From positions 1-64,000 of the IMG/VR virus record IMGVR_UViG_3300025121_000038: DNA of 64,000 bases. One strand, given 5' to 3'. The stretch comes from a virus. Both the position numbers and the translations under genes were made by a program. The notes below the pieces were generated by a model. It searched no databases. It had not been told where the DNA came from and saw only the letters and a program-made list of their open reading frames with translations. How positions within the stretch are numbered: position 1 is the stretch's first letter; each line of letters begins with the position of its first letter. Shown here in pieces: positions 10,320 to 20,090 of the stretch.

Positions 10320-10816
10320 ATTTTTAGACCCATTTTATCTACCATGTAGATAAATGCTTCTGCATTACCTTTTGCGTCATCTACTGGGTTATGCGTATGT
10401 TTGGTCTTTCTAAGATGTTTGAAATCTCTTCTCATGGTCTTTATCATGCCTTTATAAAGAGATCCCAAATTTACAGAACTATGTCCAAACACATTGCGAC
10501 CCAAAAAATGATGCATATAAAAAGCCACAAACATCCAGTCAAACCCATTATTATCAGAAACAAAAACGGGTTTTCCTCTGGTAGTAGCTTTAATCCACTC
10601 TTCAAATTCGGACATTACTTCTTTTGGGTCTCTAAAGGTCAGGGTATGTTCTCTCGTAAACGTAGAAACGGCGAGGGCTTCTGGAATAAATTTATCACTG
10701 ATTGGTTTCAACTCTCCATAAAACATCCTATCCAGAGCCGGCTCGACCAAGACTGCCCCAAAAGAGATCATTGAATAATCTCCAGGGATAGGTCCGTCCG
10801 CTTCTATGTCTATCAT
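10316..10816 (-). CDS. DEDDh 3'-5' exonuclease (DnaQ/RNase T superfamily)
   Basis: DIE, N..FD and HNPVDDA motifs. Confidence 0.8.
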   Translation of the reverse strand: MIDIEADGPIPGDYSMISFGAVLVEPALDRMFYGELKPISDKFIPEALAVSTFTREHTLTFRDPKEVMSEFEEWIKATTRGKPVFVSDNNGFDWMFVAFYMHHFLGRNVFGHSSVNLGSLYKGMIKTMRRDFKHLRKTKHTHNPVDDAKGNAEAFIYMVDKMGLKI

Positions 10817-11049
10817 GTAGTAACTCAGTTTAAATACTCCATAAATTATTTACTCAACACGACCCGTCACATCCCTTGTATCCGCACGTATCACAGGATA
10901 CTGGCGAGTAGTAACATCCATCAGCCGCCTCACCATTTATAGTGGGACCTCCACAATCCTGGCATTCTCCATTAACTTCTGTCTCATCATACTCATAAGC
11001 GGCACAGCACATAATTTCTTCTTCCTAAAATAGAAATGTGTTTCGTATC

Positions 11050-11373
11050 TCAAAGGTACTCAAACGTACCATCATTAGTCGTATACTTCACATTCGTGAT
11101 GCCAGCCCTCTTCAAATGCAACTGACAATGGGCGCATGGCTTGGCCATCGCTACAGTTCCGTCCTTACGCCAACGAAGCACCTCAATTTTATCTCCAGGC
11201 TTTGCATATCGTACCGCTTCCATCTCTGCGTGAGTACACGAAGCTACGATTTTAACATCCTTTGTATAAAGCCGAGTAAAATTCTTTCTCTTCCGGTCAC
11301 TGTTGGTCGTAATCATAGGCTTGTTACCGCGCCAGAGGATCGCTGCTACATGGAACTGATGTCCATTATTCAT
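11050..11373 (-). CDS. Zn-dependent cytidine/nucleotide deaminase-fold protein
   Basis: HAE ... KPCAHC signature. Confidence 0.75.
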   Translation of the reverse strand: MNNGHQFHVAAILWRGNKPMITTNSDRKRKNFTRLYTKDVKIVASCTHAEMEAVRYAKPGDKIEVLRWRKDGTVAMAKPCAHCQLHLKRAGITNVKYTTNDGTFEYL

Positions 11374-11474
11374 AGCAGCTTCCTTGGCGCTTTCATAGTA
11401 GAGAGCGGGTAGACATCTGTTTGCTCCTTATATTATTGTCTTGGTAATGATACAACGAGATTTGGAATAGAAAA

Positions 11475-12047
11475 TTAAGATAAATTAGACAGAGAAAGTG
11501 CAGATAGTAAAGATGAAGTTTTACATCCACCTGGTGGTATCTTTGGATCTGACTCTCCAGTCCAAAAAGTAGTGATTACCACGAACTTAGACTTACCATA
11601 CCTCTTAAAAGAAGTGGTAAGCCCCAATTTCTTATCTACCCAAGTAATAGGGTTGCTTCGCATTAGGTCTTCTTCAAGCTTCTTATATGTAAAGTCATTT
11701 CTGGATTTGGCGTCATGATAAAACTTCATGAAATTCTGAAGTGAAGATCTTATTAGCGGTATGGAAATATTCCGATAGTCCATTCTAGCTTGAGCATGTT
11801 CTACAAATTCGATGTCAGTATTTGCTGGCCCTTTAACGATAAGAGGATCATAAATCATCTGCTCGTATTTTTTATCTAACTTTCCGTCATCTGCCAGATC
11901 TATTTCTATTAATTCTTGATATTTTGGATTCACTTCTTGTCGTGCCCTGTCTAACAACAGGCATGGACCATCAACAGTAAATAATCCAAGATTAGGATTA
12001 AGATCTTTGGCAAGTTTGTGTATAAGAGAAGATAGTTTCATAGTCAT
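11475..12047 (-). CDS. Hypothetical protein
   Basis: 190-aa ORF; HA..RM..R.I motif resembles DUF4258/RelE-like folds (weak). Confidence 0.5.
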   Translation of the reverse strand: MTMKLSSLIHKLAKDLNPNLGLFTVDGPCLLLDRARQEVNPKYQELIEIDLADDGKLDKKYEQMIYDPLIVKGPANTDIEFVEHAQARMDYRNISIPLIRSSLQNFMKFYHDAKSRNDFTYKKLEEDLMRSNPITWVDKKLGLTTSFKRYGKSKFVVITTFWTGESDPKIPPGGCKTSSLLSALSLSNLS

Positions 12048-12084
12048 CTCACAAGGTAATTAATGACTATGACTAACAAACAGT

Positions 12085-12567
12085 CTATGGATGAAAAATA
12101 GATGGATCTGGATAATAAAGGATACGGATTAAATCATGTTTTTCGTGAGGATTCTGCTTTTCCCAGTTAAGAGTTCCTTTATTATAATTCCAAGAATACC
12201 CTCCGGCTTCCATATAAAAACAATCAGATAAAGCCACAACAACAGCAAGACAGATAGGATAACCACACCCTATAGTGGACAATAGGTCTGATACCGAAAT
12301 ATTAAGTTGACCCGTCATATCTCCATCAGCGGTTATCGAAGTCAACAATCGTTCTTCTTGTGTCTCAGAATTAGGACTATAATGAGCTAATTCTACCGAC
12401 GTTTCGTAGAAGGTATTCTTAGAATTGAATAAGGGAGAAGTGACCGTAAACCTTACTATTTCTAAAAGATCAGAAATACCTTGCTTATCAGTATCTGTAA
12501 CATACATAGTAGGCCGTTTACGTATGTTCTCATGAATAGACAATGTTTTAAGGTTTTTTATGTCCAC
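12085..12567 (-). CDS. Protein resembling the N-terminus of type II topoisomerase B (GyrB/ParE), degenerate
   Basis: IKxLxxLxxxENIRKRPTMYV start, VVVALS and YYPDPSIF; only 160 aa, and ATP-lid motifs are not intact. Confidence 0.55.
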   Translation of the reverse strand: MDIKNLKTLSIHENIRKRPTMYVTDTDKQGISDLLEIVRFTVTSPLFNSKNTFYETSVELAHYSPNSETQEERLLTSITADGDMTGQLNISVSDLLSTIGCGYPICLAVVVALSDCFYMEAGGYSWNYNKGTLNWEKQNPHEKHDLIRILYYPDPSIFHP

Positions 12568-12642
12568 GATGACTCAAAAAATACAAAGTGAAAATTATAG
12601 GTGTTGCCATTGCTATAAAGGCAGCAGATTTGATAAATTGTT

Positions 12643-12912
12643 TCATAATAGTTGAGACAAAGTCTCCAAGTCTTCTTCATGAAGGATTTTAGAAAAATCC
12701 AAATCTATTTTCTTTAGATAAGAGAAGTCAAAAACTTCATTCACAATATTGAAATCTTCTTCATCGTGGATATAAACATATGGGGCTTTAGCGGGATACC
12801 AGGCTACGACCCAAGAGTCTGGGTATTCTACCGACTCGCCTAATACGTAACCTTTAGAATTTTGGAACAAACCATCAAACTTTGTGACAGGACGAACAAC
12901 CTTGCCTTTCAT
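12643..12912 (-). CDS. Hypothetical protein
   Basis: 89-aa ORF, AAGGA RBS. Confidence 0.55.
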   Translation of the reverse strand: MKGKVVRPVTKFDGLFQNSKGYVLGESVEYPDSWVVAWYPAKAPYVYIHDEEDFNIVNEVFDFSYLKKIDLDFSKILHEEDLETLSQLL

Positions 12913-12933
12913 AATCCTTTCTTTCTGGTATAA

Positions 12934-13329
12934 TTATTCAGTTACTTCTCTAACATGCATTTCTGCGACGCGGGCTAAACAAATCTTTGACCAAAAAACA
13001 GAGCTGGCAGCCTTCTTATTTAGAATAACATCTGAAGACTTCAAGTCTGTATACCAAACCTTACTATCTTTCCCGGCTAACTCAGTGAGGATAGGTGTTT
13101 TATCTCTGCCGTTCACAAGTACGTGTGTGCATCCGTTTTCATGAGTATAATCCGTATACACATCCCAGGATCCGGTCATCAATTTTACTCTATATAACTT
13201 CCCATATTCATTATACAGAGTTACCCATACATCTTCTTCACCATTCTTAGCTCGTTTACATGCATCCCAAATGGACTGATTATACCTGTGTCTGTTTTGC
13301 TCTTTCTTGAATTGTCCAGGCTTTCTCAC
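12934..13329 (-). CDS. Hypothetical protein
   Basis: 131-aa ORF with GTGA overlap. Confidence 0.55.
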   Translation of the reverse strand: MRKPGQFKKEQNRHRYNQSIWDACKRAKNGEEDVWVTLYNEYGKLYRVKLMTGSWDVYTDYTHENGCTHVLVNGRDKTPILTELAGKDSKVWYTDLKSSDVILNKKAASSVFWSKICLARVAEMHVREVTE

Positions 13330-13607
13330 TTAGATTCCTTGGGTTGAGGCAGTACATAATAAGTCCAGCCAAAAGCATGACTTGTAGTTATTAGGCCTTC
13401 TCTTTCTAAGTCTTTCATCATTTTTAGTTCAGCAGAGTCCAAATCAGCAAGACATAAAGCTTCGCGCTTTAGAGCTTGTAACGCACCTTCTCGGGTCAAG
13501 ACATACCTTTCGTCATACATAAGAATTCTCCCATTTTGTATAAAACATGAAAAGAGGAGGGAAAATAATCTCGATAGATTAAATTCTAGAGGTGGCACTA
13601 CGTACAT
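13326..13607 (-). CDS. Hypothetical protein (start probably 13520)
   Basis: GGAG RBS precedes the internal MYDERY. Confidence 0.5.
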   Translation of the reverse strand: MYVVPPLEFNLSRLFSLLFSCFIQNGRILMYDERYVLTREGALQALKREALCLADLDSAELKMMKDLEREGLITTSHAFGWTYYVLPQPKESK

Positions 13608-14280
13608 TCCAACAATTATTGATAAAAGTCAAAAATCCAGATCCATCATAATGTTTGAACAATTTTCTAAACACCCACCATAGAGTAACCGTGAATAACC
13701 AAAATCCAAACTCAAATCCAATTCTATATAATACCTTACCTAATATACCGGACTCTCTGTATTTAGCATATACAGAATCCTCATGGAATTTTACGTGACC
13801 ATATTCATCAGATAGTATCTGAGTTACTACATTTCGGATAACTTGGTCTTTGGTACCCTTCTTAATGTTCCTATAAACTGGTATAACAACTATCTCTCCG
13901 GTTAACAACATCAAAATACGAAACATAAGTGGACCAAAATTCACTAACCAAACCAATAAAGAAATCACCTTGTTATCTTCCGTGATTTTCACCTCGAAAT
14001 ATTTCAACAATTTGTCTAACAAAACACCATGATAATATTCTTCTTTTGCATACCCCTCTAAACTTTGACCATAATCTAAGTCATTCGTAGAACTAGCAAG
14101 GGCAAGCCCCATACCACCTTCGGATTTTTCTCCTTGATATAGCAACGGAATAACTCTTGTTTCTTCCGTTGAAAAATTAGGACGAGAAGTTAACCCAAAC
14201 AGACCATCAATAGGTTTATTTTTTCTGCTTTGAAAATATTGGCTCCATCGACTAGAATTAAAATCTATTGCATGTCGCAT
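13579..14280 (-). CDS. Ferritin-like di-iron protein
   Basis: Paired E...ExxH motifs (GE...EEYYH; GE...DEYGH). Confidence 0.7.
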   Translation of the reverse strand: MRHAIDFNSSRWSQYFQSRKNKPIDGLFGLTSRPNFSTEETRVIPLLYQGEKSEGGMGLALASSTNDLDYGQSLEGYAKEEYYHGVLLDKLLKYFEVKITEDNKVISLLVWLVNFGPLMFRILMLLTGEIVVIPVYRNIKKGTKDQVIRNVVTQILSDEYGHVKFHEDSVYAKYRESGILGKVLYRIGFEFGFWLFTVTLWWVFRKLFKHYDGSGFLTFINNCWNVRSATSRI

Positions 14281-14455
14281 TCCTAAACTCCATTTCTATT
14301 TATATTCCAGAACACCAATACGAAGCCTGTACAAAAGCATAGGATAATACATATCATATAGTATAATGTTAAGTGGTTATGAAAAGGAATACTTAAGTAT
14401 ATTTAAAGAAAGGATGGGAGGTATAATTTATATGCAGTGATTCTGTAACTTATTT

Positions 14456-14478
14456 TGGTGACGGACCCAGGACTTGAA
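14456..14478 (-). repeat. Displaced tRNA 3' end (TTCAAGTCCTGGGTCCGTCACCA), direct repeat of 15155..15174
   Basis: 19/20 identity with the 3' end of the tRNA at 15155; this copy carries CCA. Confidence 0.9.
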
Positions 14479-14507
14479 TTTTTCTTTTTATATTTGGTAC
14501 CTTTATC

Positions 14508-15173
14508 ATGATAAAATTATTTACAGAAGAAGAGTATAAGGCCGTTAAGTCTCGTCACACTTTACCCTTACAATGTATGAATTGTGGAACCATTTTTTAT
14601 AAAACTCGTATAGACATACATCTGGCAGAACTAGCTAAAAGAAATCAAAAATATGAATTTTGCAATAGATCTTGCAATAATAAGAAAAGATGTACCGTTT
14701 GTTGTAAACAATGTTTAAAAATATTTGAAAAAACTACGGGTGAAATGAAAAAGGGTTCCAATCATTTTTGTACTAAATCCTGTGCAGCAAAATACAACAA
14801 TGCTCATAAAACAAAGGGTACAAGAAGATCTAAACTTGAACAATGGTTAGAAATAAAATTACTTGAACTTTATCCAGACCTTGAGTTTCACTTTAACAAG
14901 ACAGACGCTATTAATGCTGAACTTGATATTTATATTCCAAGTCTTAAACTGGCTTTTGAATTAAACGGTATCTTTCATTATGAACCAATCTATGGTCAAG
15001 ATAAATTAGATAAAATTCAATCTAATGACCACAGAAAATTTCAAGCATGTATAGAACACAATATATCACTTTGTATTATAGATACAACATCACTCCTTCA
15101 TTTTAAAGAAAATAATGCGATAATATTTTTAAATATATTAACATCAATCCTTAATGACGGGCCCAGGACTTGA
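14508..15173 (+). CDS. Free-standing Zn-finger plus Vsr/DUF559-like endonuclease inserted at a tRNA T-loop
   Basis: CxxC clusters then ELDIYIPSLKLAFELNGIFHY; C-terminal half nearly identical to 32997..33710. Confidence 0.8.
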   Translation: MIKLFTEEEYKAVKSRHTLPLQCMNCGTIFYKTRIDIHLAELAKRNQKYEFCNRSCNNKKRCTVCCKQCLKIFEKTTGEMKKGSNHFCTKSCAAKYNNAHKTKGTRRSKLEQWLEIKLLELYPDLEFHFNKTDAINAELDIYIPSLKLAFELNGIFHYEPIYGQDKLDKIQSNDHRKFQACIEHNISLCIIDTTSLLHFKENNAIIFLNILTSILNDGPRT

Positions 15174-15233
15174 ACCTGGAAGCTCGTAAGCCACCCTGTT
15201 AGGGGTTGAGTTTACCAATTTCTCCAGCCCGCC
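15155..15233 (-). tRNA. tRNA-Leu-like with an aberrant 6-nt anticodon loop (CTAACA), no encoded CCA
   Basis: Cloverleaf GGCGGGC.../GCCCGTC-A, long variable arm, TTCAAGT T-loop. Confidence 0.65.
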
Positions 15234-15567
15234 GTATTTTAAAACATTTTTGGGACATATTCAGTGCGAACATGATTTCATATTTCGATATATACTTAGA
15301 TCAACCTTGGACAGTACAAAGGGTAAGGTCAACTTTATAGGACATAACCTCTTGTGCAGTTACCTTAGTCTCAGGGTAAAGTTTCCCTTCTCGGACATTT
15401 CGTTCTACAACTTCATCAATTTTTGCTTGCATTTGAGATTCTGAAAGACTTTCAAGATGAGCCTTTCTATAAATCTCATCTTTAATGGCTAGGGCTAACA
15501 GCTTAAAATTGAACATAATACCCTCAAGATTGTTGTTACTATACAAACGAAAAAGTCTAGATAATAT

Positions 15568-16827
15568 TCAGACGGAAAATTTAGTAGGAGCGAAACAGGA
15601 CAACATCTCTCGAAGGCTGTATTGTGTAGTGGGTCCGATAGCGATTGATTTGTTCTTATTATAGAACTCCATAAAGCTACTTACCACTTTGTTGAATTTG
15701 AATGCCTGAACATAGTTGGAGATTGTTTGTCTAAGATCTGTTAAGTCTAGTTCAACGAATCCTTCCTTAGAAGTCCATTCGTCAAATCTCTTAAAAAATC
15801 TTCGAATACCAACAATGTTGTTGTCGTTCCAGTCACCTCCATCAAAATAGTGGCCAAGGAACATAAGATAAAATCTAAGTTCGTCTGGATCATAGTCATC
15901 TGGGTTAACTACATTACCTTTGGATTTAGACATCTTCTCACCTTTGTAGGTGATCATACCTTGATGAATAAGTCTCTTGAAAGGCTCCTCTTCTTTTGCA
16001 ATGCCAAGGTCATACAGAAACATGTTTATAAACCTGGCGTAAATGAGATGCATACAAGCATGCTCATTACCACCTACATACAGGTCTACTTGCTGATATG
16101 CACCCTCAGATAGAAACTCTGTATCGGATCCTGTCAAGTATCTGAGATAATAGAAAGAACTGTCTACAAACGTGTCTAATGTATCCTCTTCACCTTCAAG
16201 AGGTATAGGGCACCCCCACTTACGTTGGCGTGAGACACACCAGTCATTAAGGTTCTCAAGCCAGTGACGCTGTTGCTTCTTGGTCTTTTCTGGGTAATCA
16301 ATCCAATCTAGATTTTTGATCAAACGGTCTTTGTAATCTGTGATCCTGAAGAACCATTGATTAAGCTCTCTACTCTCTATAATAGTAGAACAGCGCTCGC
16401 ATCGATCGTCTTTGACCTGTTCATTAGCAATAACAGTATTACACGATGGACAGAAATTAACTGGAGAGAATTTCTTGTAAGCTAGACCTTTCTCATGAAG
16501 TTTCAAGAACAGCCATTGAGTCCACTTATAATAAGACGGGTCTGAAGTTACAACTCTCTCTTCATATTGGGTATTCAGTCTAGTCATCTGTCTACGAAAA
16601 TTGTCTATATTCTCGTAAGTGACTTCTCTTGGGTCTCTGTTATGTTTAATCGCATAGTTCTCGGCCGGGAGGCCAAAAGCGTCATACCCAAAAGGTTGGA
16701 ATACTTCTACACCACGATATCTCTGCCATCGACAGTAACTATCCATAATGGCATAGTTATAGCAATGTCCTACATGGAGTCCGTCTCCTGACGGATAAGG
16801 AAACATTACCAGTACATACATAGTCAT
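15568..16827 (-). CDS. leuS: Minimal leucyl-tRNA synthetase (no CP1 editing domain, no C-terminal domain)
   Basis: MFPYPSG.GLHVGH, GYDAFGLPAENYA, DWCVSRQR.WG.PIP, DTLDTFVDSS, GG.EHA..HL.YARF, KMSKSKGN. Confidence 0.92.
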   Translation of the reverse strand: MTMYVLVMFPYPSGDGLHVGHCYNYAIMDSYCRWQRYRGVEVFQPFGYDAFGLPAENYAIKHNRDPREVTYENIDNFRRQMTRLNTQYEERVVTSDPSYYKWTQWLFLKLHEKGLAYKKFSPVNFCPSCNTVIANEQVKDDRCERCSTIIESRELNQWFFRITDYKDRLIKNLDWIDYPEKTKKQQRHWLENLNDWCVSRQRKWGCPIPLEGEEDTLDTFVDSSFYYLRYLTGSDTEFLSEGAYQQVDLYVGGNEHACMHLIYARFINMFLYDLGIAKEEEPFKRLIHQGMITYKGEKMSKSKGNVVNPDDYDPDELRFYLMFLGHYFDGGDWNDNNIVGIRRFFKRFDEWTSKEGFVELDLTDLRQTISNYVQAFKFNKVVSSFMEFYNKNKSIAIGPTTQYSLREMLSCFAPTKFSV

Positions 16828-17339
16828 TCCTCAAGTCGAATAAGCCACGGTTCTATATTTGGAGCCCAAACCTCTGATAGAGGTAAACTAAAGTCATTTG
16901 TTTCTCTATCAATACCGATAGGAACCACTTCGTCATTTACAGTTTGGTACTTTAAATGTAAAATTCCCAAATCTCGAAATAGCAATAAGAGGGTTCGACC
17001 AAGCTCTAATCTTTCTTGACCATCTATATCATTATTGAGACCGACTCCAAAGTCTCTCCAGAAAGACCCCATTTGGTCCAGCATGCTCCAACAAGATTTG
17101 AATACTTTAGGCTTTGCCCAATCTTCTGTGGATCTAATATTTCTAACACAATCTTCAGGCTTTTGAACATCGTACCGTTCTGCAAATCCATCTAAAATTG
17201 CGAGACATTTGTGGACATAATCTCTTTCTGGACTGATTTTGGCTTCTTTATACGGCAGAAGAGTCAAGTAATAGCTGGCTAGAAGGCCTTCAAACTCTTC
17301 ATATCGAAAGTCTGTATTAGGCATACATCCGGAATTCAT
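16824..17339 (-). CDS. Hypothetical protein, translationally coupled to leuS
   Basis: 171-aa ORF with ATGA overlap. Confidence 0.6.
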   Translation of the reverse strand: MNSGCMPNTDFRYEEFEGLLASYYLTLLPYKEAKISPERDYVHKCLAILDGFAERYDVQKPEDCVRNIRSTEDWAKPKVFKSCWSMLDQMGSFWRDFGVGLNNDIDGQERLELGRTLLLLFRDLGILHLKYQTVNDEVVPIGIDRETNDFSLPLSEVWAPNIEPWLIRLEE

Positions 17340-17629
17340 AGGTCCCTCTTACTCATAGATTACAGAAATAAATTTGACGTTATCATTTCTATGAACTTTT
17401 TTCCAAGCTTCTACTGCTTTGTAATGTTGATTTTTGTCTTCAAAACAATAACGTTCAAAGCGTTGTTCCCAATATCTATCCTCTTTCTGGAACCAGAACT
17501 TTACTACATAAGATTCCGACAATATGGGAGTATGTGTTTTATGTGTATGTTTCCGTTTCATACAATCTCTTATTCTGGTTTTTATATTAAGATATGACGA
17601 TAAAAGGATGGGATAAGTAAGAAACGAAA

Positions 17630-18007
17630 TTAAGTAAGAAGAGACCATTCACAAGGTATGACATTAAGATTGTAATCAATCCTGATAGGACGTATTAGGT
17701 CTCCATCATCCATTTCATTAGCAAGAGATCCGCAACCCCAAGCCTCTCCTGGTTTATCTCGTTTATAATAAACCATAGAGAGGAAATCATCCAATCGAGT
17801 CTCTATAAAAAACTGACCGTGACGAACGGATGGGGTTAATTTCATTAAGGAGGTAAATTCTTGTATTGGACCGAGACTTGTATATTCTTCTGATCCTTCG
17901 TCCCATTCAACTTTGGAATATACTTGCCAGTAATGAGGCCATTCGAGGTCTTCTACGTCAGGGAGAGTAGGTCTAAAAAAAGACATATCCATAAATATTG
18001 AACACAA
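17630..18007 (-). CDS. Hypothetical protein
   Basis: Acidic 125-aa ORF. Confidence 0.5.
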   Translation of the reverse strand: MCSIFMDMSFFRPTLPDVEDLEWPHYWQVYSKVEWDEGSEEYTSLGPIQEFTSLMKLTPSVRHGQFFIETRLDDFLSMVYYKRDKPGEAWGCGSLANEMDDGDLIRPIRIDYNLNVIPCEWSLLT

Positions 18008-18031
18008 AATATAGGATTATAAAAGGGAAGA

Positions 18032-18330
18032 GAAGTCAGGGGAGTTTGCAAGACTCCCAACATCCAACTTAGTAGAATATTTCAGTCACTCATATCAGAT
18101 TATATGTTTGCGCAAACATATAATCGTCATTTATGAGGAGAGCCTTTACCCTCAATGCAGCCGACCCATAGCCTAGTAACGACTGCATATCCGACCCGAT
18201 ATAACTGCTCTCATTAGCCTCGTACAATCGGTCTATCGGTACTTTATTCACCCAAGCCATCCGCACCCCTCTTTAAGAGCGAGAGGGTACATTTCCTCCG
18301 GAGTCAGAGGAACATTCTGTCACTGACTTC
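18032..18330 (-). ncRNA. Candidate structured ncRNA (about 300 nt) downstream of tRNA-Pro
   Basis: Closed by GAAGTCAG/CTGACTTC; internal hairpins and a 28-bp perfect palindrome; no ORF of 60 aa or more. Confidence 0.55.
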
Positions 18331-18334
18331 TCCA

Positions 18335-18412
18335 TGGTATGAGTGAGAGGAGTCGAACCTCCATGATGTCCTGTTTCCAAAACAGGCGACTTAGCCATTA
18401 GTCCACACCCAT
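18335..18412 (-). tRNA. tRNA-Pro(TGG)
   Basis: CCTGT-TTTGGAA-ACAGG arm, TTCGACT T-loop, CCA. Confidence 0.9.
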
Positions 18413-18489
18413 TGGTCGAGGCGAAAGGAATTGAACCTTCATGATGTCCTGCTTCCGACGCAGGCGACTTACCATTAGTCCACGCCTCG
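18413..18489 (-). tRNA. tRNA-Pro(CGG)
   Basis: CCTGC-GTCGGAA-GCAGG arm, CCA. Confidence 0.9.
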
Positions 18490-18509
18490 ATTTTTAGATA
18501 CTTAAAACA

Positions 18510-18585
18510 TGGTGGAGCTGGTCAGGGTCGAACTGACATCCTCTTGATTGCAGGTCAAGTGCTCACCCAATTGAGCTACAGCCCC
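18510..18585 (-). tRNA. tRNA-Ala(TGC)
   Basis: G3:U70, CTTGA-CCTGCAA-TCAAG, CCA. Confidence 0.9.
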
Positions 18586-18929
18586 AATTTATCAATACAT
18601 CACATACTCTTTAGTAGGGTCACCATTTGGGCGTCTACGTCCACTTTGGGGGTTACGCATCCATCCATCAGGCTCTCCTACCCCATCCCATGCTTCAAAA
18701 ACTGCGACCGCAGTCGAATATTCGTCGTATCACCAACTATCATCATAAAACATCTCGGAGCCTATGGCTATACGACCCCTTCCAAAAGTCAAAGGAAATA
18801 CAGATAAAACTTTCCCTGTAGTCAAAACTTTTTGTTTAACAGACATATAAGATCCATTGGTAAGGTCTTCAATAAATACTTATCCGTATAAACAAAGATC
18901 AGGTCAAAAAGTGCGAATGGAATATCTAA

Positions 18930-19454
18930 TCAGGCTAGAAAAATCTGAGCTATCTTGCGAAAATCTGAAAATGACATATGAACATCTTTGATGTCTGGTC
19001 CAGTCTTCTGTAATAGAGTAATTCTGTCGTCTTTTATCAATAAATCTAACGTGTTTGTAAGTTTAGTCTTATGACCTTTCTTCAATAAAGTAGCCACAGA
19101 GTCTAACTCTTGTTCTAATTTTGTTTTCTCTCCAATCAAAGATTCAGATAAAGCTAATGTTTTCATAAGATCCGAGAGTTCGAAATCTTCTATCTCTTCT
19201 GGTAAAAGAACTTTTAATTTGTCATTTATGGGTGTAGATGGAAATGCTACTTTAACAGGTGCTGTAAGATCGCCCTGAGTATATTTAAGTCGTTTACAAT
19301 TGTGGCGCTTTATAGTTTTAGAGTCCCACTCTACCGTTACACCATATGTATCAATACCTATCACCACACCTACAGCCCCCAGAGGGATACCGTATCTTCT
19401 CACAGAATCATTTAAAAGAACAAAATCACCAATCTTGAATTTGTGTATAGGCAT
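18930..19454 (-). CDS. Hypothetical protein, paralog of 7792..8310
   Basis: Shared motifs; GGAG RBS. Confidence 0.65.
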   Translation of the reverse strand: MPIHKFKIGDFVLLNDSVRRYGIPLGAVGVVIGIDTYGVTVEWDSKTIKRHNCKRLKYTQGDLTAPVKVAFPSTPINDKLKVLLPEEIEDFELSDLMKTLALSESLIGEKTKLEQELDSVATLLKKGHKTKLTNTLDLLIKDDRITLLQKTGPDIKDVHMSFSDFRKIAQIFLA

Positions 19455-19471
19455 CTAAAGACTCCGAAGTG

Positions 19472-19699
19472 TTAATTGCGATCGGGAACTAACTCATGAA
19501 CTATACCACGCCACCCACATGCACATACAGCTCTGTTGTTGTCTACTGCTGTCTGTAGATCTGTAAATATGACACCTTTACAAGTAGTTTCCACATCTTG
19601 AGACCCACATGTTGGACAACACCTATGTATATTGTGATATTGGGTATAAACAGACTCTCTAACAGTCGGCTCTGGTATTGAAGATATTAGTATAATCAT
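19472..19699 (-). CDS. Small Zn-ribbon protein whose ATG abuts a tRNA CCA
   Basis: CPTCGS...CACG; sequence reads CCA-ATG. Confidence 0.55.
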   Translation of the reverse strand: MIILISSIPEPTVRESVYTQYHNIHRCCPTCGSQDVETTCKGVIFTDLQTAVDNNRAVCACGWRGIVHELVPDRN

Positions 19700-19773
19700 T
19701 GGAGCGGAATAAGGAAATTGAATCCTTAACTACGGCTTGGGAAGACGTCGTGTTACCCTTACACTAATCCCGC
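19700..19773 (-). tRNA. tRNA-Gly(CCC)
   Basis: GCGGGAT/ATTCCGC-T-CCA, TTCCCAA loop. Confidence 0.85.
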
Positions 19774-19829
19774 ATATACTAGCATACTGAACAATATGAA
19801 GGTAAGCAAAATTTGAGATTTAGTCTAAA

Positions 19830-20090
19830 TTAATTTGACGGACCACATTCTAGTTCGTAGTCTATAATGGCTTGTTGTATTCTGGTGAGATTAACGAAAG
19901 AAATTCTACCCATTTGTTCAGAGGATAAAAAAGCAAAAGCTGTGTTAGCAAAACTAGGGGAGATATGTGTTACACACGTAAAATCTAAAATAATACTTTG
20001 GGATCCAGACAGGAACTTTTCTCTAAAGGTCTTACCGCCGTCTCTGCCCGACAGTCTAGATTTAAACTCAGAGGCAATGTCTATAAGCAA
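19830..20090 (-). CDS. STAS-like (DUF4325-type) protein
   Basis: L..R..G...R ... IILDF..V..ISPSFA..AF. Confidence 0.65.
   Translation of the reverse strand: MLIDIASEFKSRLSGRDGGKTFREKFLSGSQSIILDFTCVTHISPSFANTAFAFLSSEQMGRISFVNLTRIQQAIIDYELECGPSN

Noticed and set aside
18032-18330. RNase P RNA
   Set aside because: GAGGAAA is present but the P4 consensus (GAGGAAAGTCC ... AGAACCCGGCTTA-like) is not.
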